Below are positions 13,190-28,100 of a DNA stretch of 64,000 nt, one piece after another. The translations under genes and the position numbers were made by a program. The notes under the pieces were generated by a model. The model did not search any database and was not told where the DNA came from. It saw only the letters and a list, made by a program, of their open reading frames with translations. Source of the DNA: Octopus sinensis (Eukaryota); NCBI RefSeq assembly GCF_006345805.1, contig NC_043016.1, positions 11,966,001 through 12,030,000 of the forward strand, written 5' to 3'. Position 1 is the stretch's first letter. The number at the start of each line of letters is the position of its first letter.

Positions 13190-16100
13190 CTGAAATATAT
13201 ATGAAAAAAAAAAAAAAAAAAAAATTTTGTTTTTTTAAAAATAGTTTTTAAAAAGAGTGATTCATCAGTTTGAACAATTGTTTTCAAAGCTGAATGTGCT
13301 AACTTTACCCATCCAACTGTAAAAGAGGAACAGGTTTTATTTGGTCAGACAAATTGAATCAAAAAGATTTTAAGAAGCCTTGCTCAAAGGTACAACATAA
13401 TGACAACAGATGGATTAGAACTTATAGTTCATTAGCTTAGCATCAATCATAAAAAAAAACAAAAAAACAACCTACAAAAAATATATGCAGCAGCAGTAGT
13501 ACCAGTGTCACTGCTACTACCACCACCACCACCACCACAAATATCATCATTGTCATCAACACCCTTTTTAATGACTCTTCCATCCTGCTATGGCTTGGGC
13601 AGTTTGACAGAATCCTGAATGAGAAAAACTGCACCTGAAAACTGCAGTGTGTTCCTATATCTGCTTTGGTAATGATTCTTTGGCCAGATCCCTTCCTAAG
13701 AGCAACCATTTTACAGAAGGTACTGGGTTTTCTTTTTTCTTTTTTTTTTTTTTTGCACCAGTAAGGTTGCCTTGCACCTTTATAGACCCATAAACTGGAA
13801 GTCCATTTTTACTCTTTTCCTACCTTTCCTACCCAATTAATGACTAAGAAAATTGAAGACGGGTTCTTATAACTTTTAGCAAATGAATACTGTGGATCAA
13901 ATTAAATCCAGTGTAGTATAAGTACTTGATTGAATATAGAAGAATAAAGGACAAAAACCAATACTGTCTTTAGAGAAATCCAAATATTAATCACATTGAT
14001 GTAACCATAAGCTTCAAACAGTAATTCATACCCGACCCTCACCACAATGTGGATAAGGCTGTGTAATTAGTAGAAGTACACTCAAGACAGTAATTCAAAC
14101 TTTGGGATCAAAGTTTTGCAGGTATTAATCAATGATATTTCCAGCAGACAACTTGTTCCTCTTTTTTTTTTATTTATGTAAAACTTCCTTCTTTTATAAT
14201 TAAGCTGTTATTTCACCTTATCTACATTATAGTAAGTTAGGCTATGAGGCTGTGAATGTGCTTCATAGAAACATCAACTGGTATACAGCCTATCAGCCAG
14301 AGACAACTGTGAGAACAACTATAATCATAAGATATTTTGCGAACATAAATACTGTAACTGTTACCTTATCAACACCTGAGTAGAGGTAATAAGGTTCAAT
14401 CTAATCAATAAGAAAATAATAAAAGAAGTGGACATTGCCAACCTCCCATGGCACATAAAAAGCACCATCCGTACGTGGTCGATGCCAGCGCCACCTCGAC
14501 TAGCTTCCGTGCCGGTGGCATGTAAAAAGCACCAACCGATCGTGGCCGTTGCTAGCCTCCCCTGGCACCTGTGCCAGTAGCACGTAAAAAGCACCCACTA
14601 CACTCACGGAGTGGTTGGCGTTAGGAAGGGCATCCAGCTGTAGAAACACTGCCAGGTCAGATTGGAGCCTGGTGCAGCCCCTAGCTTCCCAGACCCCGGT
14701 CGAACCGTCCAACCCATGCTAGCATGGAAAACGGACGTTAAACGATGTATGTATGTTACTATTCCTAATGTAAGGATGCTATGTGGTCAAAGATAATCAT
14801 CAACGTCAAGGAAGGGTCAACAAGTTCTGACCCTTACACTGCATTCTTGATCTCATTATCAATAAACTATCCTATCTTTCACTTAAAAGTATTGATATTT
14901 TGCAAACTACTGTATATGCAGAAAAATCTAACATGTTCTCCAATATATTTAGACTAACCCGACCAATAAATATGTTCTGATTTCTACTTTCTCTACCATT
15001 CACTTGGAAGTTGGTAATTTTCTTTGATAAGAAAGGCATGCACTATATTGGACTGGCGTTTATGAGCAAATAATGATAGCTTTCTCCTACTGATTTGGAA
15101 GATATTTGAAATCTAGTCAGGTTAAAATTAAAATTACTGGTTTTATTTGTGTACAAATAGGAAGTAATCAAAAATGGAAGGGGGTTCTTCATAATTTAAT
15201 TAATAATGAGATGATAATAACTGATGGAAAAATAGAATTGTTATATATAGAATATATAGAAATTAAAAAAAGATATATGAGAATAATTTTATAATGAATA
15301 TAGCTAAAACATAGCACAGTCAATAAATTTTATCTAAGCAAATTATATAACAAAAAAGGTACAAAAACAATTTGAGACAATAAGAAAAGGGAGGTTTTCT
15401 TCACCTGAAAGCATTCGGGAAATAATTCTTTTGAATCTTTTCAACATCTCTAGTAACTTTTTTCATAATTTGTTCAGCACGTTTATTTTGCTTTGAGTTG
15501 TCGGGATCATTTTCACTTTTGTGAGCCTACAACCAAATTAAAATGGTTATCAGTTTAAGTAAAATAATTTAACAAACTAATAAGCAACTAAAGACAAGCA
15601 ATTTCTAAATATTTTCTATAAAAATGATTATGAAAGATAATTTTTGTATTTAGAACGGTGATTATATAAAAAAAAAAAAAGATGGTAATAAAAAATCAGC
15701 ATATGGTTCCCCTATTTATTTGATGGCATTTGAATTAAATTTGATTGTTTAATAATATAATATTTTAGACAGGATAATATAAAATTATATTTAAAAAAAT
15801 ATATACTAAAAAAAAGGAGGGGTGGAAGTGGCATGTAAAAATGTCTTTTATAAATAAATTCTGGGATAAAAATCCAACTGAATGAGAGACTAAATTAGTC
15901 TACTCATTAACTATTTAATTTTCTACACACAAAGTTACAACTCGATTCTTTTGTCAGTTATTTTAAGGTCTTAAAAGTTTAGGAAGCAACATAGCTTACT
16001 ATTTATAATGTCAGCAACATTTATCTGAAGAACATAACGACTGGAAAATCAAACATGAAAAAAATTAATAACTTCATAGATCTTTGCTTTACATTAGATA

Positions 16101-19100
16101 TTGAGGAATGTTTAGTTTAATTTGAAATGTCTGAAACACGTTCTCAAGCTAAAAACAATGCAACTAAGAGAAACAAAAGAGAGATATAAAAGTTAATAAA
16201 AGGTTCTAGTTTAGTAAACTAAACCATGCATCAAAATATTGGAAAAATAGTACGAAAACTTTTTGAAAATTATTTTAAATCTTTCTTTTTTTTGCTCAGG
16301 CAATGCAAAATAATGAAGGTCAATTGTAGAAGAGATTTCAAATGAAGCGTGCAAACAACAAGATTTTGTAGAATGTTTGAAAATTAAATGTTTTTTTTTC
16401 TTTTCTGAAGTATTATATTGATAAAAATTCAAAATTATTGACATCTTTGAAAAATTAAAAGGGGGTTTCTCAGAAACTATATCCAATATATATAACAGTT
16501 TCATTTATTTATCTGCTTTTAAATGAAAAAGAATTACAAATAAATATATAAATGAACAAATAAAATTTGTATCTGGCTAACAGTTAAACATGACAATATC
16601 CTTAAACAAATACAGCAAACCAGAGTAAATCTAAAAGACTCAAACATTTAAAAAAATCTTTTTTTTTTTTTAAACAAAAACCGTAAATTTAAAACACTAA
16701 TTCAGAAATCAAATTCAACTTTACAAATCAAAATTCCATGTGAATAAGTCAAGCATGGACCTAATATTATGTTGAAATATAACATGAGTTTTTAAATCAT
16801 GCAAAAGAAACTAGCCTTGGAAAATACTATCCATGCAAGGGTATTAAGAAAAACAAACAATTTCTTACAGACTTTCCACTCGAAACTATACTCTGAAATG
16901 AAAAGGTAAGCTATAAGGCTAACTACTAAAGTTTACGACAAATTATTTAGAAATTATATTAATTGCATCGCTGTTGCATAATGTAGGTCATTTAAAATAC
17001 ACATACATACTGGTATATTTAATTCTTTTATTATTATTTGGTGGTAGTATAATTATCATTATATATGACATATGTAGATGCAGGTATGAGTATGTGGTTT
17101 AAGAAGTTCACTCTGGAATTACGTGGCTTTTATGGTTCATTCTCAATTTGCTGTGGCTATCATTTGATGTCCTCTAAGATAGCTGCAGCTTGACCTCTAC
17201 TAGCGAGTGAAATTTGGTAGACAGAAACTGGAAAAAGCTGGTCATAAATCGACCCCAGTACTTTTGTCTCAACAAGTTTGGTCTGATCCAATCAAGTATG
17301 GAAAAGTGAATGTTATGATAATGATGACGTACTATTATACAGTACATAAAACAAAATTAAATATATCATCATATGCATCCATCAGATGGTCAACATGGCT
17401 ATCATAATGCCTGTTTTAAGTTTAATTTCAACATATAGTCTTATAAAAATCCTTTGTCAAATGTAACAAAGAAATATATATATTATATATATTTATATAT
17501 ATACACACACACACACTAAAGATATACTCACAGAGTGCATGTTTAATGCCATAACCAAAAACACAATTATTAAAACTAAATGAAATATTTAGTCTTAGTT
17601 TAAAAAATATTAATTTATGGCTTTTAACTAACAGGAAGAACAGGATAAAATATGGAAGTCAGATTTAGTAGTATTTGAATTATGTCCCTTTACAAGGCTG
17701 AAGTTTAACACTGCCTTTCAAATGGTCAACATGACAATCATAATGCATCTGTCATTTTAGTTTAATTTTGATGTAAGGTCCACTAAAATCCTTTGTCAAA
17801 TGTAACAAAGAAATATATATATATACACAAATATATATACACTAAAGATATACACAGACTTCATGTATAATGCCATAACCAAAACCTCAAGTATCAAATC
17901 AAAATTTTTTTGGGGAGAGGGGTTTATAAAATAAAGCATCAGTCAAGTATTAGGATTCATTTAAGTAATTATACTCCTCAATCAGGATCTGTGACCAATG
18001 TACCTAAGCTTGGAATTACTATTATTTTTTTGTAATTTAGGGGACAACCAAATTTTGCAGACAGAATATTTACATAGAAACAAAAAGCAAATGAATCTAG
18101 AAGGTCTATATAAATATAGTTCATACCATCATAGCTACATGTATCAGAAGGTCTCACAAGCATGCAAGTAGCAAACCTAAAAATAGGCAAACTTATTACA
18201 AATCTGTGTCTTAACCAGCCATATATCTTACGTCTTTCAAATGTAATGGAATCACTACTCCACAAATACGGATTTACTATAGATTCTGCTATTTCCATTC
18301 TGTGCCAAACTGAAATCGTGCAAAATCATTCTCTGCAAGACCCTTTTTTTAAAAATATTTTTTATAAAATGTAATCAACAGTTTTTACATTTTCCAGCAA
18401 TACTAAAAGCAATTTGATTTTTTCATGTCCTTCATTCCTAATTTTTACATTACAAATGTTCAGAAGTTAGCTCGATATATACATATATGTTGTCAGTTGC
18501 TTCTAAAGTTACTGACATTCATTCAAAATGCAATATAAATGCTGTAGCTTTAAAGAAAACTTTCAAACAGTAAAAAAATAGCATCCGTTATATAGAAGTC
18601 ATTTATTTATTTAGTTATTATGTTTGATTGTAATGAATCATGTCAACTCCACACTCAGTCTTGGTGGTAGACACCAGAGTAAATTTTTTCCTCCTTCCAT
18701 TCAATTTTCCCATTTCAAAAGCTAATGCTTTAACGCTTCTTGATGTTTAATTTCTTTCATCACAGCAAAACAGACACAACTGAGCCAACAATTGTTCCTT
18801 CGTTCTTGTTGTAAACAGATATCACTGTCAGATTAAAACTGGCAAAAATTTCAACCTCTAAATTTTTTTTCTACTCTAGGCACAAGGCCTGAAATTTTGG
18901 GGGAGGGAGCCAGTCAATTAGACTGACCCCAGTATACAACTGGTACCTAATTTATCGACCCTGAAAGGATGAAAGGCAAAGTCGACCTCAGTGGAATTTG
19001 AACTCAGAATGTAAAGACATGAAATACCGCTAGGTGTTTTGCCAGCTCACTGCCTTTCACCTTCTAAATTGTTCTTGTCTTCACCTTTTAGTCAATGGAA

Positions 19101-22100
19101 ACATGCATCATCCTACACCTTCATTTACTCTCTCTTATTCCAATTTCCTAAATACTATTAAACAGATACTAACTGGTGACTGTTTCTATGTTACAATGAT
19201 TATCCAGGACTGACAAGATTTTCACGGTTAAATTCCTTTTGTAATAAAACATCACATGTCAAATCAAACTAACTCTTGAGACCTATAAATTAACTCATCT
19301 TCCTTTGAAACCATTAACTTCTTTAAGAATCTATAATCAAACTACTGACATTTGTTGATATACTTACCAAACCATATATCTACTTTATTTTTCCTTTACT
19401 ATAGATGAAGCTTCAACATACCTACACTACTCCTACTTGTAGCCTCCTTAACCCTTCAACATTCAGATTATTGTGTCAAATGTAATTCTTATTTAGTCTC
19501 ATTTTAAAAAATTAATCTTTCTTCATCTCATAGCTTTGAGATTTTGATGATGTAATTTTTTTATTTTTAGAATGACATTGTAGGGTAGATGTGAGAGGCC
19601 AGAAATGGCTGGTTTGAACATAAAACATGTAGAATTTTAGAGCTGGATATGACCAGTCTAAAGGCTAAATAATTAAGCTTTACTCCGTCAAACGACAGAT
19701 TACTCTGTCAAATGACATTTCATTCTGTCAAATGTAATACTGTAATGCTTATTTATTCACATTGTTTTAAATTAATCATGTTTTATCTCACAGCTTTGAG
19801 ATTGTAGTAATGTGGTGTGAGAAAGCAGATTTGGTTGGTCTGAACATTAAACAGGTAGAATATTTGGGCCAAATATAACTAGTTTAAAATCTAAAATGTT
19901 AAACTGGATATGCTTCGTGTTCACTGCTTGAATTAGACAAGTAAAATTTAACAAGAAAATCACAAGCATTATATATCTTATTTCTCGTGAAAATTTCCTC
20001 AAAGACTTTTTTGTCAATGATGTATCTAAGACGATGACGACAGCTCAGTTTTTTTTTTTTGAGAGTAAAAACTTAAATCCTTAGAAATCAGAAGATGATC
20101 TCTAAAACTAAACTGGTAATAAAGCTCAATTCCTCTGGTCAAACTTCTAGCTTAACAGAATCAATAATCAAGTTAAAAAAAAAAAAAAAAAAAATGTACC
20201 CTTTTGAAATTTAAAAAGTGAACTTACTAAAATATTTTCTTTCCAAACTGGTATAACAAATGCAGTTAGATATTGTCTAGCATTGTGTAGGCAAACATGT
20301 TAAAGCGTCGAAGAGAACTAAATATGTCATAAAGCAATATATCCAGAAGAGAAATTAAGCAATAGAGAAAAGAAAAGAAAACAAAAACGTACTAGTTTAT
20401 CAGCTTCAGATAAAAGCCTTTGGAAATTTTCATCATCTGTAAGCCAACTTGGTAGTTCATTTGCTCCTGAAAGATTAGAAGGAAATTATAATTCAACAAG
20501 TGTTCGTTATTACAGGAAAACTTTTTTGGAAGTAGTCAGTATGGTTTGAAAATTAAAATAAATTTTAATTTAAGAATTATTACAATTTACAGACCTTTGG
20601 AAATATTTAAGAATAAATTTGGAGATCTAACTAGAAGAACGAAAGACTTTAACTTCCCCTTCTTATTAATATGGAATAAATAGGCAAGTGCAAAAGTTTA
20701 TCAACAGATGTCCCAATGAGGAGACCTGTATGTGATCATTTGATATGCTATGAATAGTAACCAAATCTTGGAAAATCACACCCTACGGCCATAAAAAAAA
20801 AAGAAAGAACATACTCGAATTATGTAATCCCAGATACACTAAGATGAAATAAAAGTGGATGGTTGAAGCTGCAACATCTTTGATGATAGGTTTACTTGAT
20901 CAGGGAAGATCTGAATTTTAACAACTGATGCCAACCTTCTTGAGATTGGAAAAAGTAACTTTGTCACTCACAAGTGAGTATAACTTGATAGTAGATATCA
21001 TGCTTGTGCCAATTGTTTCAAGTGCTTTTGCAGTACCTTCTCACCCTTGACTTAACAGAACATCCACGGTGTGTGACAGCTAGAAGGAGAGAGGGGGCTG
21101 GTACCAATAATACTTAGCTGGTACTCATTTACAGTTGAGCAGATAGGGAACAACAGGAAATGAAGTGCCTTGTTGAAGAACACAATGTATCTACCAAACC
21201 AATCCATAATTCAGGCCTAACAACCGCCTAATCACTGGGTTATGTGCTTGAGACCACCACCAATTATTTCATACAAAATGTCCCGTTTTGAAGCGTTCAT
21301 ATTTAAATCAATAACCTTCATTATAATTTCATGTAAGAAACTTTTTATTATATTGTGTTCCAAAATAACCCCTTAATAATGGTTGTTACACAGGATCATC
21401 ATCACCTTCATCAATTTAACATCCACTTTTCCATGTCTGCACGGGCCAACCAGAGTTCAGTGAAACAGACTTTATACAACTGGATGCCCTTGCTGTCACC
21501 AACCCTTACCGGTTTCCTAGCAAGGTGATATCTTCCTATGGTCAGGCATGTTTTCACAGAACATTGGCAATGAATGACAATCATTTACAACAATCAGACA
21601 GTGTCAACACGCACAGTTTCTGTCTACTATTTACCAAATCCATTCAAAGCAATTTTGAAATTAACCGTTTTCAAAATTAATTGAAACGCCCAGCATAAAA
21701 GCAACAAACATCAGACAGAATGCTTCGTTGCTTTTGCTTTGACTCTCTGCACTTTGAACTAAAATTTTGTCTGAGTCAACTTTGCTTTTTGGGGGTGGGT
21801 GAGGGTGTCGAGAAAAAAAGGTAGAAAAAAATCCTAGGCAGTGGATTGGGGAAACTCTAAGAACAGCAGACAAGATGTCTTGCAGTGTTTGTTCCAGCTT
21901 TTTGGTGTTCAGAGTTCAAATCCTGCCATGGTTCAATCACTAGGATGATAGATTTATGTCTCTTGCTTGCTTTAACACCACCACCTGACCCCTTGAATGC
22001 CTTTAAAGGAGTCTTAAGCTGTTACAAGCATTTGGGCCAGGTCTCTAGTTTGAGGGTACCTTCCTCCCTCCCACCCACCAATGCACCCAATCAGGAGCCT

Positions 22101-25100
22101 TGAAAAGAGTCACGGGTAATGCATTTGTCTGATTATTGGTTTCAAATTTTTGCACAAGGTCGTCATTTTGGAGGAGTGGGTAAGTTCATTTCATCGACCC
22201 CAGTGTCTAACTGGTATCTATTTTATCAACCCCAAAAGGATGAAAGGGAAAGTCAACCTCAGAAACATTTGAAATTGGAATGTAAAGACAGATAAAATGC
22301 TGTTAATAGATAATATATCCTTTCTAATATAGGCAGAAGGCCTGAAATTTGCAGGCGGGGACTATTCAATTACCTCAACCCCTGTGTATAACTTTCATCA
22401 ACCCTAAGAGAGTGAAAAGCAAAATCAACCTCAGTGGAATCTGAATTCAGAATGTAAAGATAGACAAAATACCACTAAGAATTTTGCCCAGTGTGCTAAT
22501 GAATCTGTCAACTTGCTGCCTTGAAACTATGTACATTATTAAACAGGGTAACAAAAGGGTTAACAGTTACCGTTTTTGCAGTATTTTCAGTTCCATCCAT
22601 TCTGTTCAGACATCTTTCAGTACTAACATACAAACAACAATGTGTACCCTAAATATGCAGTTCTCTAATTTTGAATTTATTCCTTGTTGGTATGTAACAT
22701 ATAAACAGCAATCTGTACTCTTAATGTACTTTTGTTCTGAAACCATTCCTATTTTGGAATAAAATTGTTTGAGACTCATATTTTTTTTTTAAGATACATA
22801 CCTCTTGCTTTTGCTTCTTCCATCCCTTTTTTGAGTTCTTTTAATCTGTAAACATCATCTCTTAAATGATTAAGACGTCTTTGGGAGGCTTGAAGATCCA
22901 GCTCCAAGTCAACAGACGTGCGTATTGGCATTTTTCTAAGAGATGAACCAGCTGCACCTGGCAGCTAAAAATATAAAAAAAAAGAGAGAAAAAAATGAAT
23001 GTATCAGCAGTATAAAAGCAGGATTTTAAAAATTAAAATTGCAAAGTTTATAGAGAAATAATGTCTAAAGCCTAAAAGTTTCTCCTATGACTGAGGGAGA
23101 ACAGAAGAAAGAATATTAGATGATGCTACGTTGAGGAATGAAGGATGGTAAGAGAGAAGATGGAGGAGTATGGCAGAGGACAACAGGGAAGAGGGAAAAA
23201 TGAAAAATTTTATATATATGAGGGGGTGCTGAAAATTTCTTGGCTTTAAGGGCATTGTGAGAAGCCTGGTTGGAGGCCCAAACTTCTGAATTCTTTGACA
23301 GAACTTAGAAAAACTGAAGGATTACTGCCAATAAGTGTGCGAATCTGAGAGGGGAATATGTTGAATAAAGTCATAATTAACTGATCCACCTGTATTTGCT
23401 TTTACCCAAATTCAAGAAATTTTCAGCACTGCCTTGTACTTAGGGAAAAACACAAGCATTTTACAAAACAATAATAATAAAAAAAAAAATAAGTGCCAAA
23501 GCCAGTTATGAAGAACAAGAAAATATACTCACCCTTTTCCACCTTAAACTTTGCCGCACTGTAGAGTTTCTTTGGAATGGCCCACGTTTATATAGAGGCA
23601 TAGAGCTGTCACTATCACTGCGGTTTAACTGTAGATAGAAAAAGTTTCCATTAAGATATAATTCGACTATTTCTGTTCTTATCATTAGAGTTGATCTGCA
23701 TACACCACCTTTGTTCATTGTATGTATCACACTCATATAATCATAATTATTTATAATTGCTGTACTAAAGAAGATTTGTACTCCACAGCAGAAGTTTTAA
23801 GGCCACTCCACCCTGGTGAAGAGGATTGGCATGAAAGAGTCCTGCGCCAATACCACATAAAGTACTCATGCAGTGCCATGTAAAAGCATCCAGCACACAC
23901 TGTAGAGTGGTTGGCATTAGGAAGGGCATTGAGCCGTAGAAACCATGCCAAATCAGACTGGAGCCTATTGCAGCTCTCCAGCTTGCCATCCCTGGTCAGA
24001 CTGTCCAACCCATGCCAGCATGGACAATGGATGTTAAACAACAACTACAATGATGATGATGAATTCTTTACGAGTATAATTACAATTTATTTTAAGCACA
24101 TAATATGCTTCTATAACTAATTGATGACAAATGTGCTGCTAATATTGCAATAAAAAAAAAATCACATGATTTTAGTATCAGATTTTGGGATAACAGAGAA
24201 ATCTTTATTGCTGTGTAATGATTTGCAAAATTTTCTCCAACTAAATTTTGCCACCATATCACTTTTTGTCTTCATTCATCCCTTCACTGAACAATTAAAA
24301 AATTTTTTTTGTTTGCTTGTTGCAGTGAGAAGGGAAAAATATTATCCAAAGCTCTGTTTTGGGTCATTTTTGGCTGGGAGAGGAAAAATTACGAGAGGAA
24401 TAATTACAAGAGGCCAATGCAATTAGGACCAAGTTTGAATATGTTAAAGGTCAGAGGATAAGGAATGAATTTAAGAAAGAAAGAGCACCAGATGAATAAT
24501 GTTTTGAGAAAGTGCTAAAGTAAGGATCTCAGGGTGTAAATGCAGAAAGAGATGAAACCAAACGGAATGGTATTTGGATTCTTTTATTCTTTAACTCATT
24601 TCAGTCATTTGACTGTGGCCATGCTGCAGCACCGTCTTAAGGGATTTTAGTTGAACAAATTGACCCCAGAAGTTATTCTTTGTAAGCCTAGTACTTATTC
24701 TATTGGTCTCTTTTGCTGAATTGCTATATTATGGGGATGTAAACACACACTCACATAAATATATATACAAACACACACACATATATATATGTTTATATAT
24801 GACAGGCTTCTTTTAGTTTCCATCTATCAAATCCACTCACAAGGCTTTGGTCAACCTGAGGCTATAGTAGAAAACATTTGCTCAAGGTGCCATGCAGTGT
24901 GACTGAACCCAGAACCATGTGGTTGGGAAGCAAGTTTCTTACTACATAGCTTAAAGCGAGACAGCCAATAGCCTAGAAAATAGTAATTTTAGTGGTCTCA
25001 TTATTTAAACATTTCTCTTGGTATTATTGATTCTCAGAATCACAAATGATGAAACTGGAGAGCTGTTTACAAAGGGGAAAGTTGAATAACTTTTATATAT

Positions 25101-28100
25101 ATTTCAGACACAGAGGCCAATCATGAGAAGTGAATGAACCTTTTACTTCTGGTGATGGTTGTTTATGAAGCTTACTCAACTTTCCTTTTCCACATTGTCA
25201 GAAACTTCCCTTCTTTGTTATTTGTTATTTTACTCCTGTATCACGGTGCCCAAGCAAACTACAACATTCTTATAATATTCAAAATTTCTTCCTATTATTA
25301 TAAAGATACACCTGTGAATGTTTTATGAGTACAAAAATGACAAAAACCTTAATTCTGAAGCCTTTAATTATAAGCTTCAAATTTTGGCACAAGGCCAGCA
25401 ATTTAAGGTAGACATGACAAGTAGATTACATTGACCCAGGGTTCAACTAGCACTTATATGACCCATGAAAGGACGAAAGGCAAAGTTGACCTCAGTGGAA
25501 TTTAAACATAGTATGTAATTACAGTTGAAATGCCTCTAGACATTTTGCCTGGCATGCTAACAATTCTACCTTGAACCCTTTAATTACTAACATAAAATTA
25601 AAAATTATCACTAACTGAAAAAAAGAATGACTTTTGCAAAACACTGTAGAATTGACAAAGTTTTCTTAGAATTTGATATATCTGTATTAAGTTCCAAGAT
25701 ACACATGCATTTGAAAACCGCGAGTAAAGTGATTAGTGCTGCATAAAGGAACAGAAAATGTAACTTACTTTACAAACATATGCACTGCCCTGTCTGTCTG
25801 CTGGTGAAAATGTCTGAGAACGTCTTATTGTACTCTTTCGAACAGTTTCTGTGGGACGTTTCTTTGCTTTGTACACAAAATCACCATCTGTGTTTGTTCC
25901 CTTTTCACAAGTTTTGATTTCATCACCAGTATCAACCGATTCGTAGTTATCCAACGACGTCCAGCCTATAGATGGGTCCTTTTGTGGGAATAAATTTATA
26001 AAGATTTTTTTAAAAATCACATGTAAAATATAAAAAAAACAGTAACTGAAATAAATTAACCTTACTGATAGAATAATTACATTTAGCATTAAGTAGTGTT
26101 AATGAAGTCTTTTGTCTCAAGCACTTTAAGTAATAAAGCTGTAATAATACCAGTTATAGAAAACTACAATTGAGAAAAGAGCAAATATGTCAAACTATCT
26201 GTAGCAACTATCAACTTCCATATTTATCCTAAAGGATTTTATAATCTTTTATAAATGCCTTACACTCAGTCATTTAAAGTGGCCATATCCAGCCTCTCAC
26301 ATCTACTTACAATGTCATTCTAAAATTAAATGACCACTTCATTGAAATTTCAAAACTATAAGATAATGCATGATTAATTGAAAACAATGGGATCATATAT
26401 GCATTGCATTTGACAGAGTAATCAGAATGCTAAGAGATTAAATGAGGCACAAAATGTAAAAGTACTCAACAACTGCAACATATCCACACATCTCACTCTA
26501 ATAATGTGTCCATCTGTTCATTTAACCCTTTAGCATTTAAACCGGCCATATCCGGCCAAAAGTATTCTGCCTGTTTTATCTTCAAACTGGCCAGATCTGG
26601 TCTCTCACACCAGCCCTACAATATCGTTCTAAAAATTAACGGTTGCCCCATCAAAATCTCAAAGCTACAAGATAATGAATGATTAGTTCAAAACAATGTG
26701 GATAAAGAAGTATTAATTTTGGCAGAATAATGTGAACACTAAAGGGTTAATGTTTGTTTTTCTATGCTAGCATGGGTTGGATGAGAAGTTTTTTGAAGTG
26801 GGATTTTATGTTTTTTCTGGTGCCAACCCTGACCTGTTTTTCAATGGTACAAAGTGTTCAATCATAATATCAACAAGGAATGCAAGCATCAACATTTCAC
26901 TCAACCAGTGATAAGTTGTAGAATGTCAACATTCACACACATCTGCGTATGTATCTCTCATCATTTTAGCATAATTTATCCATGACTGCATAGGGAAAAC
27001 AGAATTCATTGCAGCAGATTTTCTACAACTGGATGCTCTTCCTGTCACCAACTTTCACCTATTTTCAAGCAAGGTTATATTTACTCATGGCTTGAAATAT
27101 TCTGTGGAAGATTGGAAACAAACAACACTACTTGTATGACGATGATGATGATGATGCTCATTTACAAGTATCACGTGATGTCTAGGTAAGAGTTCACACT
27201 CACACATACAATATATATATACAGTGTGCTTCTTTCAGTTTCCCTCAGCCAGGACTGTGATAGAGAATATTTGTTCCAAGTGCTAGGCAGGGGGTACTGA
27301 ACTCAAAACCATATGGTTACTAAACTAACTTCTTAATCAAGCCATACCTGCACTGATTGCCGCCACATCCAATTTTCCATGTTCATTGAACCCATGGCTA
27401 GATCTCTTCCCAGCAACCACCGACTCTCACCTGTCTGCAAGCAAGGTAAGTTATTCCCCTATGGTCTGACATGCTTTCACAGAAAGTTGAAAGTGAAGGA
27501 CACAACAAGTATGACAGTGACACTTGTTCACGACTATTGTGTGAAGATGTCACAGTATGTGTGCGTGTAGGTACAAGGCCTGAAATTTTAGGGGAGGAGA
27601 CCAGTTGATTACATCAGCCACAGTGCTTGCCTGGTACTTATTTTATCAACCCCTCTTGAGCATGAAGCCTGACAGAGGCAAAGTGAATGAGTTCCTCTCG
27701 AGTGTTGCGCCTGACAGAAGCAAAGTGGCTGAGTTTCTTTCGAGCTTTATGCCTGATGGAGGTAAAGTGGCTGAGTTCCTCTCAAGTATTGCACCTGATG
27801 GGGGCAAAGTGGCTAAGTTCCTTTCGAGTGTAGGGCGTCACAAAGGCAATAACCAAGACCTTAGGCATTTTGTTGTGCTTGAGAAGAAGACCTATTAAGC
27901 TGGGCAAAATCACAGTTGTGGCAGATACCAGTGTTACACAAACTAGCACCTGTGCCAGTGGCATGTAAAAGGGCATCCAGCTGTAGAAAATCATGCCAAA
28001 TCAGACTGGAGTCTGGTGCAGCCTTCTAGCATGCCAACCCAGTCAAACCCATGCCAGCAGGAACAATGGACATTAAATGATGATGATGATGATGACGATG

